From NCBI RefSeq assembly GCF_009914755.1, contig NC_060936.1: DNA of 64,000 nucleotides, one strand, 5' to 3'. A model generated the notes under the pieces. The model saw only the letters and a program-made list of their open reading frames with translations. It was not told where the DNA came from and ran no database searches. The DNA comes from the human T2T-CHM13v2.0 reference genome, Homo sapiens. Position 1 is the stretch's first letter. Each line of letters begins with the position of its first letter. Both the position numbers and the translations under genes were made by a program. Positions 1-13,323 of this stretch are shown here, one piece after another.

Positions 1-306
1 GATGGCAGCAGCTGAGACTGTTGGGATGGCGGGGAAGCAGCCGCTGGAGGATTTTGACTCCCACCCTTGTAACTGCTGCTCCTGTGTATCTGAGCCCTTT
101 CATGGGGCCTGGCTGCATCTGAATAGCGAACATTTCACTTCGGAGGTGGAATTATATTAAAAATCAGATGCTTGTCATTATGCAAATGGATGTCTCACTA
201 TTGCTTAGGATTTTCATTTTTCTATGAATTATTCCTTTTTTCAGTGCTTTTTTTATTCCCCATGGAAGAAATAAAAACAACCACTGGCTGATCAAAGGAA
301 TTTTCC

Positions 307-830
307 AGTCATTCAGTCAACAGATATTTCCTGAGTGTCTGTGCTGGGCCAGGAACTGTTCTAGTCTCAGGGAAATAGTGATGAAAAGACAGTTTCTGCA
401 GCAGTAGAGCTTGTATTCCAGGGGAGGAAATAAGCCATCAAGTGAATTAATAAATCAAATAACTTAGGAGAATGACACATGCTATAAAGACAGTAAAACA
501 TGGTAGATCACTAGCTTCATGGGTGGGAGGTCTTCTTTAAATGGGGTGGTCAGACAAGGTCTCAGAGGAGGCAGTATTTCAGGAGAAGCCTTAAAGGTGA
601 GAGGAAGCTAGCCATGCAGCGATCTGGGGGAAGGGTGTTCTGGGCAGAGGGAACAGCGAGTGCAAAGGCCCTGATGTGGGAACAGCATAGTATGTTTGGG
701 GAAGAGAAGGATATCCAGGAGGCTCCAGCACAAAGAGAGAGGACAGAACAACAGGAGATGAGGTTGGAGATGGGTGGGGCAAATGACACAGGGCTTTGGA
801 GAGGCGATTGGGTTAAAGATTCTGTCTGCT
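307..830 (-). mobile_element. LINE L2 3' fragment
   Basis: cattcagtcaacagatatttcctgag...gccaggaactgttctag and ggcagagggaacagcgagtgcaaaggccctga. Confidence 0.8.
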
Positions 831-865
831 GGGGCTGGTTTGTTGGCTTGGGCCATTGAAACTTA

Positions 866-1163
<298 letters not shown>

Positions 1164-1244
1164 ACAGCCTGTTAGGCCATTGTCCTGGCATTACCTCCCT
1201 CTCACATTATCTTGTGAATTATTGTGTCCATTGTGTATTTCTTG

Positions 1245-1376
1245 CCCATTGTCCATTTTCCTAATTTGAATGTAAGCTCCATGTAGAAGGAGTCTTGTCT
1301 GTCTTGCTCATGGCTATGTCTCCAGCACCTAACACGGCCTGGCATATAGTAGGTGCTCAAAGATATTTAATGAATA
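1245..1376 (+). mobile_element. L2 3' end
   Basis: gaatgtaagctccatg...cctggcatatagtaggtgctcaa. Confidence 0.8.
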
Positions 1377-1946
1377 TGTATTTGTTTTCTGTTGCTATGT
1401 AACAAGTTACTCCAAACTTAGCAGCTGAAAACAAAACCCACTTATGAGTTCCCAGTTCTGTAGATAGGGAGTCCAGGCATGGCATTGGCAGGGTGTTCTG
1501 CTCAGGGTCTCACGAGGCTGTAATTAAGGGGTTGGCTGGGCTGTGTCCTCATCTGGAGCTTGGGACCCTCTGCTAAGCTCGTGTAGTTGTGTCATGTGGG
1601 GGTTGAGTTTCTGTGGTGGTCATACTGGGGTCCCCATTTCCTTGCTGGCTGTCTGCCAGGGCTGCTTTTAGCTCCTACAGGCCCCCACATGTCTCCTCCT
1701 TGGCCTCCCCCATCTTCAAAGCCAGCAGCAGAGAATCTCCCTCAATTTGAATCTCTCACACCTCAAATTGCTGACTTCAGAAAGAGTCCAGTCTCTTTTA
1801 AGGGGTCACTCAGGCTAATTTCCCTTTCTCAGGGTCAACTGCACCCTATGACAACCTAATTACAGGTGTAAAATTCATCATATTCACAGCCCCCTGGGGA
1901 TTAGACAGGGCAGGAATCTTAGGGGCTGCCCTAGAACTCTGCCTAC
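1377..1946 (-). mobile_element. MaLR LTR (MLT1E/F-like)
   Basis: tgtatt...gctatgtaacaagttactccaaacttagcagc...ctcagggtctcacgaggctg. Confidence 0.8.
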
Positions 1947-2139
1947 GGAAGAAAGTAGGAATGAATCAGTGCTCATTCTTCTTCCCCATGAGAGCCATTT
2001 CCATACCCCAGCCAGCCCAACCACACCTGCTTGTTGGTGGCTACAACTTTTGTCTTACGGTTGCTGGGAGCGCTCTTCTTCTGGCCATGGGTCTTCAGTT
2101 GTGCCTCTGTAATGGGTGCATGGTCCCACCTTAGGGCTT

Positions 2140-2499
2140 TTGCACTTTCTGCTCCCACTGCCCGAGAGCCTCTCCCTGTAGACCCCTGAGTGGCCCCTTC
2201 TCTCACTCTCTGCATTTGCTCAAATGTCATCTTTGCAGACTCCCTTCCCTGCTTAAAATCATCCCCTTCCACTCTAAAAATACTCTTTGCCTGTTTGACT
2301 TTGCAGTTGTTTTCACCCACCCTGCTCCGTAGTTTACTTATTTATTTGGTTATGGTCTGTCTCCCTGCACTAGGCTGGCGGCTTCACAAGCACAGGGAAT
2401 TTTGTGTGTGAGATCCGCTGTCACATCCCCAGTGCCTGTGATAGTGCCTGGCTCACAGTCAGGGCGTAATAAGTTTCTGTCCAGGGAATGAATGAATGA
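2140..2499 (+). mobile_element. L2 3' fragment
   Basis: agggcttttgcac...ctcaaatgtcatc...cagtgcctgtgatagtgcctggc...gaatgaatgaatg tail. Confidence 0.8.
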
Positions 2500-2924
2500 G
2501 GTTTAAGGAGAACAGTTTTAACTTTCTTTATCTGATTTTTCTTTTTTCTTTTGGAAAAACCTGAGCAGGCACAAGTCTCCCTTCCCCAGGCAGCCTCGTT
2601 ATATAATCAGGGCCCTGTTCTGCAAGGAGCTGTCAGCGCTGCTTCAAGCAGTTATATTTAGTGTTTACAGCCTCTCCTTTTAGCTGCATGAGATCTCCCG
2701 AAGAGCTCTGGAAATTAGGCCTTGCTTCAATAGGGAGAGGGGGCTCCTGGCCCAGTCCAAGGGGGCCCCAGGGGCTGGTGGGCACTCGGTGGTGGCAGTA
2801 GCCAAGCAGCCCTGACCTCAGGGTCAGCCCGTGGCCAGTGTCAGGTTCAGAGCATCCACATCTAGGGATGGAAGGTGAGTTTGTCCTGTAAATCACAAAG
2901 ATAGGAGAAAACAAGGATGGGAGT

Positions 2925-3070
2925 AGAAAGACTGCTTGGCGTTCAAATCTTGGTTCTGACACTTGTTAGCTGTGTGATCTTAGTCCAGTTACTTGACCTG
3001 TCTGGGCCTCACCTTCCTCATTTGCAGAATGGGGATAGATCCAGCATATCTTGATTTGGTGAAATCATTC
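2925..3070 (+). mobile_element. MIR SINE
   Basis: gttcaaatcttggttctgacacttgttagctgtgtgatcttag core. Confidence 0.8.
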
Positions 3071-3180
3071 ACGGGCAGTGTCTTGCACAGGATAGGGGCT
3101 GCACCAATCAGTTATTTTTAGTTGTGTTCTGAGAGGCCCCTTGCTTGGTTCTGAAGAAGGAACAGGTACATCTGAGATGC

Positions 3181-3513
3181 CCCTGGTGGTGACTGGATGG
3201 CAGACCCACGTCCCTGGGGGTGACTGATGGCAGACCCACACCCCTGGGGGTGACCAGATGGTAGACTCATGCCCTTGGGGGTGACTGATGGCAGACCCAC
3301 GCCCCAGGTGGGTGACTGGGTGGCAGACCCACGCCCCAGGGTGTGACTGACGGCAGACCCATACCCCAGAGGGTGACTGATGGCAGACCCATACCCCAGA
3401 GGGTGACTGATGGCAGACCCATACCCCAGGGCGTGACTGATGGCAGACCCATACCCCAGGGCGTGACCGATGGCAGACCCATACCCCAGGGCGTGACTGA
3501 TGGCAGACCCCCT
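3181..3513. repeat. Minisatellite, ~30-bp unit GGGTGACTGATGGCAGACCCATACCCCAG(A/G), ~11 copies
   Basis: CAGACCC core recurs every ~30 bp; explains the periodic ORFs 3065-3763, 3267-3551 and 3343-3678. Confidence 0.95.
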
Positions 3514-3620
3514 GGTTTTCTCTGTTCTCCATGCTGTGCTTGCTGCTCCATAACGTCCAGGGAGCTCTCACAGATTTGCTTGGAGGTGTTATTTTGGGAT
3601 GAGCAGAGCTGTTTCTTAGG

Positions 3621-3818
3621 CAGGGGCCAGCAGATTCCAGTTCATGGGCCAAGTCCAGCCCATCCCCAGTTTCTGTAAAGGCCCTTGAGCTAAGAATGGT
3701 TTTTGTACGTTTAAATGGAAAAAAAGAGAAGAATCTACAACAGAGATGTTGTATGGTTTGCAAAGCCTAAACTATTTCCTATTGTCTCACCCTTTACGGA
3801 AAACTTTGCTGACCCATG
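3621..3818. mobile_element. hAT-Charlie MITE (MER58-like)
   Basis: CAGGGG...CCCATG termini; gagctaagaatggttttt and gcaaagcctaaactattt internal motifs. Confidence 0.8.
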
Positions 3819-3935
3819 CCTTAGAGGACGGAGTGCAGTGGGAGTGGGGGGGGTGGGCTGGTGGGGGAAGGGTAAGGCCCAAAGCAAATTCCTGTGTGGG
3901 TATCCCTTGCCCCCCACTGTAAAACCCAGTAAGTT

Positions 3936-4160
3936 AATAATGGCTGCTCCTTACCCAGTACCTAGTATGTGCCAAGCACTTTATCTGTGGACATATTCCA
4001 AGCCTCAGCCCAACTCAAGACATAACAGCCATCACCAACCCCATTGTATAAATGGTGAAACTGAGGCTCAGAGAGGCTGAGCTGCCTGCCTGAGATCACA
4101 CAGCCAGTGAGTGGCAGAGCTGGGATTTGAACTGTGATAGTTTCTGACCTGGGAGCCTGT
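3936..4160 (-). mobile_element. MIR SINE
   Basis: gaaactgaggctcagagagg...tcacacagccagtgagtggcagagctgggatttgaac. Confidence 0.88.
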
Positions 4161-4344
4161 GCTGTTTCCCCTTCACCCCAAGGCTTCCCAAGAGGCAGTA
4201 TCAAAGGACATGGAGAGGGACATCTATGTGACATCCATTGACTTTTCTGCCTCCTCCTCCCCCATCCTGTGGTCACCGCAGAAACTGTTGGAGCAGCGAC
4301 CCTGTCCCCAGCATACCTGGCCCAGGGAGGCTGGAGTAATCCGT

Positions 4345-4700
4345 GCCAGACAGGATAATTTGGTTGCAAGTGACAGAAATCAAACTGTGGATAATGGTGG
4401 CAAGCTATGGGGAGGCTCACGGAGTCAGCAGGAGACCTGCTGTAAAACTCATCTGTAAAACGGAGAGCCAGGCTGGAAGTGGGTGGTACCAGGTGAGCTT
4501 GCTCCTCCTGCCCTATTCCTGCATCCCTGCTTACAATGGATGTGTTTGAAAGGGAGAGTCTCATGGGTCTGACCTGGCTGCATGCCCACCCCTGGCTAGG
4601 AGCGTGCAGGGAGCCCCGAGGGAGGTGATTCTCCAAAGGGATTTAGCTCTGATACAGAGATAAGGAGGATGCCACTGGCCAGTCAGGAACGAATGTCCCC
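4345..4700 (-). mobile_element. Old MaLR LTR (MLT1K/L-like)
   Basis: ggttgcaagtgacagaaatcaaact terminal motif. Confidence 0.6.
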
Positions 4701-5090
4701 TCCAGTGGCCTCCCCAGGACCAAGGGATGGCAGCCTCAGCCTTCTCTTGACCAGAGGGGTGGCTAACTCTGGCCTCTTGCTGGCCGTTTTCTTTGCCACA
4801 TTGATGGAGACTTAAAGAATGCCCATCTGCATCCAGCGGGAAGACTGGAGAAGCAGAACGGGGCTTTCTGTGCTTCTTACAAAGCCATTCCTGGCTTCCA
4901 GCTCACTCCAGAGACCCGGCTGTGCCCATGCCCTTGGGTTTGGTGAAGCAGCCCTGGACTCATGTAATAAATTCCTGTCTTCACACAGCCTCCCTTCACG
5001 GGCCTTCTTTTACTTGCAAACCAAAGTGTTTTAATTGATGCAATGGCCAAGAGGCAGGTTTGGCAGGGGGCAGCCCTACTTACTGGCCTT

Positions 5091-5561
5091 TGTGACAAAG
5101 ATTGTTTTCTCCCAATCTCCCTTCTCCTTTTTGCATACGAACAGAAACCTAATGCTAACTGGCCACCCAGAATAAAGAAAGGTACATCTCTCAGCCTTCC
5201 TTGCTGTGTAATGTGACCGTGTTCTAAGTTCTGATCTATGGGATGAAATGAAAGTGTGTGTGTTACCCTCCCAGGAAGTGTTTTTAAATGGAGAAACTGT
5301 GCTCTTCTCTACTTGCTTTCCTGGTTGCTGGCATCTGAATGTGATGGCTGGAGCTCAGCAGCCACTTTGGACTATAAAGTGACTTGGGAACTGGAGGCAA
5401 CAAAATAGAAGGAATCTGGGTTCCTGACACCATGCAGCATCATACCTGCTTTATACTGGCCACCTCTGGACTTTAAGAATTTGAAAGAAACAAAGTTACA
5501 TCTTGTTTAAGCCTTTTTTTTTTTTTGGTTACTGATAGCTAAACCAAGTCCTAGCTGCTGC
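5091..5561 (+). mobile_element. MaLR LTR (MLT1I/J-like)
   Basis: gtgatggctggagctcagcagccactttggac; cttgtttaagcc near 3' end. Confidence 0.72.
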
Positions 5562-5601
5562 AGCCTTGGTGGTGATTTGCAAGGGATGGTATGGATATGT
5601 T

Positions 5602-6061
5602 TCTGGTAGACTGTGCTGTTGTTCCCAATTCTTCATCTCGCTCTGTATTCACACTCTTTGCCATGTGATATTGCCATTTTTCCTACTAAGGGCAGAATGT
5701 CCTTCTTCACCTTGGCTTTGCACTTGCCCATGTGACATGCTTTGGCCAATGGGATATTAGCAGACATGATGCAAGCACACCCTTGAAATCTGGTTGTGTG
5801 GTTGGGCTTGCCCTATTGTGTTTCCATCATTGCCTTGAGATGACCCTGCCCTGGCTCATCTGCTGGCCCAAAGAGAAGGAGAAACACTTGGACACTGGAA
5901 CCAATGCACAGCTCATAGAAAAGCCCAGCTGAGCCTGGCATGGATCAGTGGATCCTCAGCCAAACTGCAGATGTGTGAGCAAGAATAAGTCATTGTGGAA
6001 GCCACTGAATTTCCTGTTGGTCTGTTACACAGCATCACTGTGGCCACAGCTGGCAGATACA
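5602..6061 (+). mobile_element. MaLR LTR (MLT1G/H-like)
   Basis: gtgacatgctttggccaatggg; aagccactgaattt...tgttacacagcat...gataca end. Confidence 0.78.
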
Positions 6062-7399
6062 GTGTTCTCTCATCCTTTAGTAGAACTAGATGGTAGTGTC
6101 TCTCCATTTTCCCCTCCCACTGCTCCTGAGCCTCTGCCCAGCAACTCTCCCTTCTTGTCATCCCTCCTGTCCACAAACTCAAGGTTACATAGAACAACCC
6201 TGCCTACTTTCTAGACGCCAGGGCTCCTCGGCCTGGAGTTTCTGTCTGCTGCCTCAGTTACCTCGCTCTTGTCTGAATTCTCTCAGGACTTGTGACTAGA
6301 AAGGAAAGAAGTCACGTGTGATGTGACTCTGATGTTCTTCCTTTGCAATGGCCATGAAAGGAAGACAGAGGGTAGAGGAAAGCTCTAGGTGCCTTTCCAT
6401 CCAGCCCAGGAACCCGGTGATGGTGCATACTAGGGAGACCCTGAGACGATGCTGACGGTTAGCAGAGGCGGGAGCTGGCCTCTGAGAGATGTCACACAAT
6501 GCTGCGTCCAGGGGCGTGCATGTCCTTGAGTGTCCAGAGCATCTCAATGTACCTTGGGAATTCAGGCAATGCAAGCATGTCCAGCTCAGAGACTCACTCG
6601 TGTTTCTGAAATCTGCAGCAGAAATCAGCAAAAGGCGTCACACCTAACAGCATCCACAATCTTGGTGGGAGCCCTTGCACCTGCCTGCACGACCTCCTCG
6701 ATGAGGGAAGCCACTGGCCTCTCCAAGAGCCATCTCAGCGACCAGCCCAGTCCTCAAATCCCAAGGAGTCACGTGGACAAAGGCTCTTTTCATGGCCAGT
6801 TTATTTGAGGTCTACAAACTCAATCTTGTTTTATTTATTCATCTTTAATATAGACTCTCTGTTTTATGCAATTAATAAGAGATTTCCATTTCAGGTTAGT
6901 TCATTATACATTATGAATTTACAAATGTCAAGGTGATGATCACAATGAAATATAGATGGTGTGGTTTCTAGGATGCTGTACCCAGGGGGACTTCAACAGT
7001 TGTGTTTAATAAATGCAGTGGTGTCCCTCGTTCCAGAACAGATGTGAGGTCTGCCTGGGGGCTGATGCAGACCTGAGCACCTTGGCATCTTTAATGCACA
7101 TGAATTTTCATGGCAGGGATCCCAGTGTTTTCAGCAGGTCCTGGCTTTCCCAGCCAATCCGATTCTGTTCCTGAGGTTCCATCATCAGCTCTAATAGCCT
7201 GGTTGTTATTCCCTGTTTGCTTTCAACATGGATGGAGGAAGTTACATAATACTCAGTGGTGAACAACGGTGTGGGCCACACCATGGATACAGCTCCTGCA
7301 AGGGCAGCTCCTGAGGGGTGACTGTCACCCAGTGACAGTGCTGTGTCCCTCTGTAGTTGGCTCTGGGTCTTGGCATCTGGAATCCCCTTCTCAAGAGAC

Positions 7400-7625
7400 A
7401 GAGGAAGAGCACTGTGGTGGCTCAGAGAGGGCCCTGGGGACAGCTAGGTCTCAGTTCAAATCCTAACTCTGCCATTTGGATGACCTGGGGCAAACTGATT
7501 AAACCCTAGAGCCTCAGTTTTCTCATCTGTAAAACGGGGATAAAATACTTCCCTCAGTGTTCCTGGGATGGTTAATGGGTTTGTCACCTTGGAAGATCTT
7601 AATAAACAGTAGGACAAAATGATTA
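7400..7625 (+). mobile_element. MIR SINE
   Basis: gttcaaatcctaactctgcca...gagcctcagttttctcatctgtaaaacggggataa. Confidence 0.88.
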
Positions 7626-7752
7626 TAGTCATTTTGTTAGGTGTTAGAGAATATTCACAGTGGGACACCTGCACTGATAATAGTGGGGTTTCCTCCTCTA
7701 AGCCAGGGAAGCATAACGACGAGATCTGGACACGCTGGAAGAAAATTCATCA

Positions 7753-7921
7753 GCTGGGTGAGGTGGTTCATGCCCATCATCCCAGCTACTTGGGACACTG
7801 GGGTGGGAGGATCACTTGATTCCAGTAGGTTGAGGCTGCAGTGAACTATGATTGCATTGTTGCATTCCAGCCTGGGCAACTGAGTGAGACCTTGTTGTTG
7901 TTGTCGTTGTTGTTGTTTTTT
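7753..7921 (+). mobile_element. Alu right-arm monomer (FRAM/AluJ-like) followed by (TTG)n
   Basis: cccagctacttggga...gaggctgcagtgaactatgattg...ccagcctgggcaac. Confidence 0.85.
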
Positions 7922-7925
7922 ACAA

Positions 7926-8214
<289 letters not shown>

Positions 8215-8219
8215 TTAGG

Positions 8220-8575
8220 GTTTACTGAGCTCTAGGACTTGCATTTTGGGAGGGCCACCCTTCCCCACTCTCAGGCTGTGTGGTTCAGATGGGGCTCATC
8301 TCCCTCCCAGCCCCAAGGTTGCACATGTAACTCAGGCCTGGGCAATTACCATAGTCCGTCCCCTTGGGCACAGTGATTAGTCCAGGCATAGGCATGTGAC
8401 CTCACTGTGGCCAATAATATTCCTTTCCTGCCACTTTCCTGCTGAGATTAAATCCTGAGTTTGTTGAGCCCCTGGAACCAGCCAAGCCTGAAGCCACGGA
8501 GACTTTGAGTATGTGAGTCAATAAATCCCTTTTGACTTAGGTTTTGTTGTCATCATAAAAATAGAACACTATTCT
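8220..8575 (+). mobile_element. Old MaLR LTR (MLT1K-like)
   Basis: gagcccctggaaccagccaagcctgaagcc...gtgagtcaataaatccc. Confidence 0.68.
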
Positions 8576-9071
8576 GAGCCCTGTGGCTCCAGACAAGAAG
8601 AAAACTCTTGGCTCCTTGTAGGCTAAATGTAGTGACTTGGCGAGCCAGGCAACTCCAAGGCAGGCCCTCAGAGAGGACGTGCAGGACCACATCCATCAAG
8701 CAGCCGTCTCACCTCCCCATGACATTTCTGTAATTCCACTCCATCCTGTCCGTGCCGAAGGGATCACTTCCTGTACCTCCATGGAGCTGTAGTGCTTTGC
8801 AACCCTAATTAACATTAATCCTAGTGTGGTTCTAAATGTGCTCCAATTTTCCCACAGGAAGCTCTCCCAAAGGACTAAAGAATAAATGTAATTTGCAAGA
8901 GAAATCAAAAATATTTGTAAGCATACAAAGGCAAATGTGGTCAAGAGAAAGAGCTATGCAGATGTGACAACCCACCCATTTTCTCAACAATGGAATAATT
9001 ATGGCCCTTCACATCTGGACAGATCTCCAGATTTTTAACAAGGGGTAGTGGACCTAAAAGTAGTGTAATAA

Positions 9072-9488
<417 letters not shown>

Positions 9489-9679
9489 TTAATAGTTGCA
9501 TAACACAGAGAGTGTAGGTTTAAAATGAGTCAATTAACCAGGTTGAGTTTGTAGACCTTGAATAAAGATTTGAGCAAATGGCACTGCCGTACATTCACAG
9601 GAATTCGAATCAGCATAAGTTTTCGGAGAGCCAGTTAATGTGAAATTTCTAAACTGCGTATCTTTTCATTTTACAATGC

Positions 9680-10110
9680 ATTTTTAGGAATACATCCCGA
9701 AGAACTCATCTTGCACATGTATAATGGTGCAGGAATAAGACTGTTGCTTTTTAACAGTGAAAAATTGTAAATGACTTCAAATGTTTGGCATCATAAAAAT
9801 TGGTTAAACAAATTACAGCATATCCAATGATAGGACTGTGCAACATCATTAAAATTATCATATGGAAAAACATTTAAATGCCATGGAAAGATGTTCACAA
9901 TATATAATTACATATGAAGAGCAATTTAAAACAGTACATATCATGTGAACCCATTTTTAATTAAAAAAACTATGTCGAGTATGCATAGGAAAGGGACTGG
10001 AGAAATACATTAAAATATTAGAAGTGTTTATCTTTTAAAGGTGGCAGTTTTGCTTTTTGAATATTTGTATCTTTGAGTTTCTGCGAGGAACAAAGAATTT
10101 GAAAAATACT
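9680..10110 (+). mobile_element. Ancient L1 (L1ME-like) 3' fragment
   Basis: ttggttaaacaaattacagcatatcca...catggaaagatgttcacaatata. Confidence 0.7.
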
Positions 10111-10284
10111 GAGTTATGCCACATCAGAGAACTAATAATAACAATATAACTCTCACAAAGTCAGTTTAAAAGAAATAGAATTTTCTACTTTTTTTTTTTT
10201 AACCATTTGACTTAAGGTCTCAGGCTATTTTGTTGATGGGATAAATGCATATAACAGTCCACTTGGGGCTTTTCCTGAACCCAC

Positions 10285-11040
10285 CGTGATGGTTGATTTG
10301 GCTGTCAACTTGCCTGGATTAAGGGGTGCCCAGATAGCTGGGAAAGCACTATTTATCCTCAATGCTCCTGCAGGGAGTGGGGTTGTCCCTCTTCTGCTGA
10401 AAGGGAAGCCCAGGTGGTTTGGTATTTGATTAGGATGATTGGGCTGTCCCAGGTGCGCTTGTGAGGGTGTTTTTGGAGGGGACTGGATGTGAGTCTGTGA
10501 CCTGAGTACGGAAGCTCCTCTGCTGGCGGGGGTCCAGATGCGGTAAAAAGGTAGAGGGAGGGTGAATGCGTGCTCTCTTCTGCATCTGGGTTGCCCTCCT
10601 TCTCCTGACCTTGACATCGAACTCCAGGTTCTCTGGCTTTTGGACTCTGGAACTTACACCAGCCCCCAACCCTGCAAGCTCTCAGGCCTTCAGCTTGGAC
10701 TGAGAGTTACACCACTGGCTTCCTTGGTTCTGAGGCTTTCGGATTGGGACTGAGCCCCATCACTGGCTTCCCTCAGTCTCCCACTTGTGGATGGCCTCTT
10801 ATGAGACTTTTTCACCTCCACAATCAAGTGAGCTGATACCCCTAATAAATCCCTTTGCATAGCTTTCGTTCTGTATATCTTTTTTTAAAAAAATTATTTT
10901 TATTTTTGGTAGAGACAGGGTTTCACCATGTTGTCCAGGGTGGTCTCGAACTCTTGACCTCAGGTGATCTGCCCACCTTGGCCTCCCAAAGTGCTGGGAC
11001 TTATAGGTTCTCTGTCTTTCTGGAGACTCTGACTAAAACA
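10285..11040 (+). mobile_element. ERVL LTR (MLT2, probably MLT2C) containing an antisense Alu left-arm fragment at ~10880-11005
   Basis: gtgatggttgatt...gtcaacttgcctggattaagggg start; ctggagactctgactaaaaca end; internal Alu motif cctcccaaagtgctggga. Confidence 0.85.
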
Positions 11041-11049
11041 CCACCTTTC

Positions 11050-11590
11050 TTAATTAGGCTGCTTTTTGCTGAAAGTAACGGATGTCCAAATAGCAGTGTT
11101 TAAACAATGCAGTTTATGAGCTCAATGCAGAATATCAGCTCAGTGAGTGCCCCTGGCCTTGGGACTGCACTTCTGGGGTGACACATTGGCTCCAGGATGT
11201 TGCCAGGATCTGTCTTTCCACTCTCCCACCAGTAGCCATCAGTGGGCACTGTGGTGCCTCATGGGCACAAGAGGCTGCCAGGGCCCTTCCCATCACACTT
11301 GTACTCAACAAGCTGCCAAGAAGGAAGAGGGAAGAGGGCAAAAAGGAACTTTGTCTCTCTTGTTTGATCAAGGAAAGTGGTCCTCCTCCAGCTCCTCTTT
11401 ACATCTCATTGGTCACTCTGACCCCCTTGCCTCTTCCAGAACCGTCCCTGGCTTGAGGGAATGTGGTAGGCTGAGACCTGTTAGGATTCTGACCCCGTCC
11501 CCAGGGCTGGGCATGTTGCCACTCAAACAAATAGGGAGCCTCTTGGGAAGGGAGACAGGGCTGCTTCTAGTTCCTGGGGGTCTTGGGTTG
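11050..11590 (-). mobile_element. Old MaLR LTR (MLT1-type)
   Basis: ttacatctcattggtc; gggcatgttgccactcaaacaaatagg. Confidence 0.55.
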
Positions 11591-11800
11591 TGCTGAGGCA
11601 TGGTGGGTGGAGAAGGGATGGTTGGCTTAACTCATCCATCTTGGTTAACAGACACTGGGGTTGGACTGCTTGGGGTTAAACATGATTCTGCCATTTGCTG
11701 GCTGACAGTGCAGCCATGGAAAAATTGCTTCATCTTTCTGTGCTCCAGTTTTCTCAGCCAATAAAATGGTTATGGGATTAAATGAATCAAAACACGCAAG

Positions 11801-12325
11801 CCCGAAAGAATTGAAAACAGGTGTTCTAACAGAAAATTATACATGAATGTTTACAGCAGCACTATTCATAATAGTGTTTCCAAGGTAGACAGCAACCCAA
11901 ATGTTCATCAACAGATGATGGACAAACAAACATGTTCTACCCACGCAGTGGAATATTAGTCAGCCATAAAAAGGAGTGAAGCTTTGACAGGGTACGACGT
12001 CGATGAACCTTGAAGACACGATGCTGAGTGAAAGAAGCCAGACACAAAAGATCACACACTGTATGATCCCACTTAAATTAGTTAGTGGAGCAGTCAAATT
12101 CATAGAGACAGAAAGTAGTCTGGTGGGTGCTAAGGGTGGAAGGGAGGGGAGAATGGGGAGTGATTGGGTACCAGGTTTCTGGTTGGGTGATGAAAAAGTT
12201 CTGGAACTGGAGAGTGGTGATGGTTGCATAGCACTGCGAATGTACTAAGTGCCACTGAATTGTACACTTTAAAGTGATTAAAATGGTAAATTTCATGTTA
12301 TGTGCATTTTACCACCATTAAAAAC
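11801..12325 (+). mobile_element. L1MB-like 3' end inserted into a MIR (MIR halves ~11640-11800 and ~12326-12410)
   Basis: gatgaaccttgaagacacgatgctgagtgaaagaagccagacacaaaag; ggtgatgaaaaagttctggaact. Confidence 0.9.
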
Positions 12326-13290
12326 CAACACACGTGCAAACTGCTTCGAGCAGTGTCTGGTATGTATTCAATGATGCATCATTATTTATTATTATCATTA
12401 TTATTTGTTATTAGTCTTGTTCTGCTCTAGCACACTTTACACTTGCTCCAAAATCCCATCCCGATGGTGCCTTCACCCCTGGCTGCCACCTCACACCCTT
12501 CCCAGCCCCTGCCGGTCCAGGAATCATTTTATCCTGGGAAGCCAGGGGTCAGAGCTCTTCAAGGTGCTTTCTGCTCAAACACACCAGAAAGCCATTTCTC
12601 CCCTGTGGCCTCCTCCCAGTTGGGAGTGGACCTGGAAGGGAAGTCAAGTCCTTCCTGGTCTGAGTGTTCATGGGCTCACATCCCAGGGCTCAGTGCTTAC
12701 TGTACTGTCCAGCCCTGAGCTCCTTTCATTCATACATTAATATAACCAGGACTGATTGGGCCACTCTCTGTACATATGATGCTGGGTGGTAGCCACTGTT
12801 ACGAAGAAGAACAAAGCAGGGGAGGGGACAGAGAGTGATATGGATGACTGCAAGTTGCCATAAAGAGGCTCCTTCCTTCCATCATGGGTCCATATGTCCA
12901 GGTGTGCAAGTAACTGATTTCTTGAAATTCTTTATTCTTAGTAAATCCTTGATTACCTGTATAAGTGAGCTTGGCTTCTATTTTGAGAGGCCCCTTTCCC
13001 CTACCACTCACCTGTGGTGCAAATGCAATCTAAGTCAATTCTGTGTTCCCTGAACATGCCAGAAACATCGATGTGTGCAATGGACAACAAACAGTCCCAG
13101 GCTTTGCAAAGAATTTCAACGGGTGGTCACCACGGCAGCAGCTGCCTGCGTGTTGGCGTTCAAGGGCAAAGGGGTCTGTTATTGCCGCTGCCAGTTGGCT
13201 GAGGTGGGGAAACCTCTCTGCCTATTCGCCTCCATCTCACCCCTACCCGCACCCCCACCCTGACCTTCCTTCTGCAGCGCCCTCCAGACC

Positions 13291-13323
13291 TGCAGTTCCA
13301 GTTTCAGCCACGAGATGGCAATG
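13291..13323 (+). promoter_or_regulatory. Candidate CTCF site with upstream module
   Basis: TGCAGTTCC-N5-CAGCCACGAGATGGCAATG matches the upstream motif, 5-nt spacer and CCASNAGRKGGCR core. Confidence 0.7.

Noticed and set aside
3065-3763. Periodic ORFs (232, 94 and 111 aa)
   Set aside because: Products of the 30-bp minisatellite
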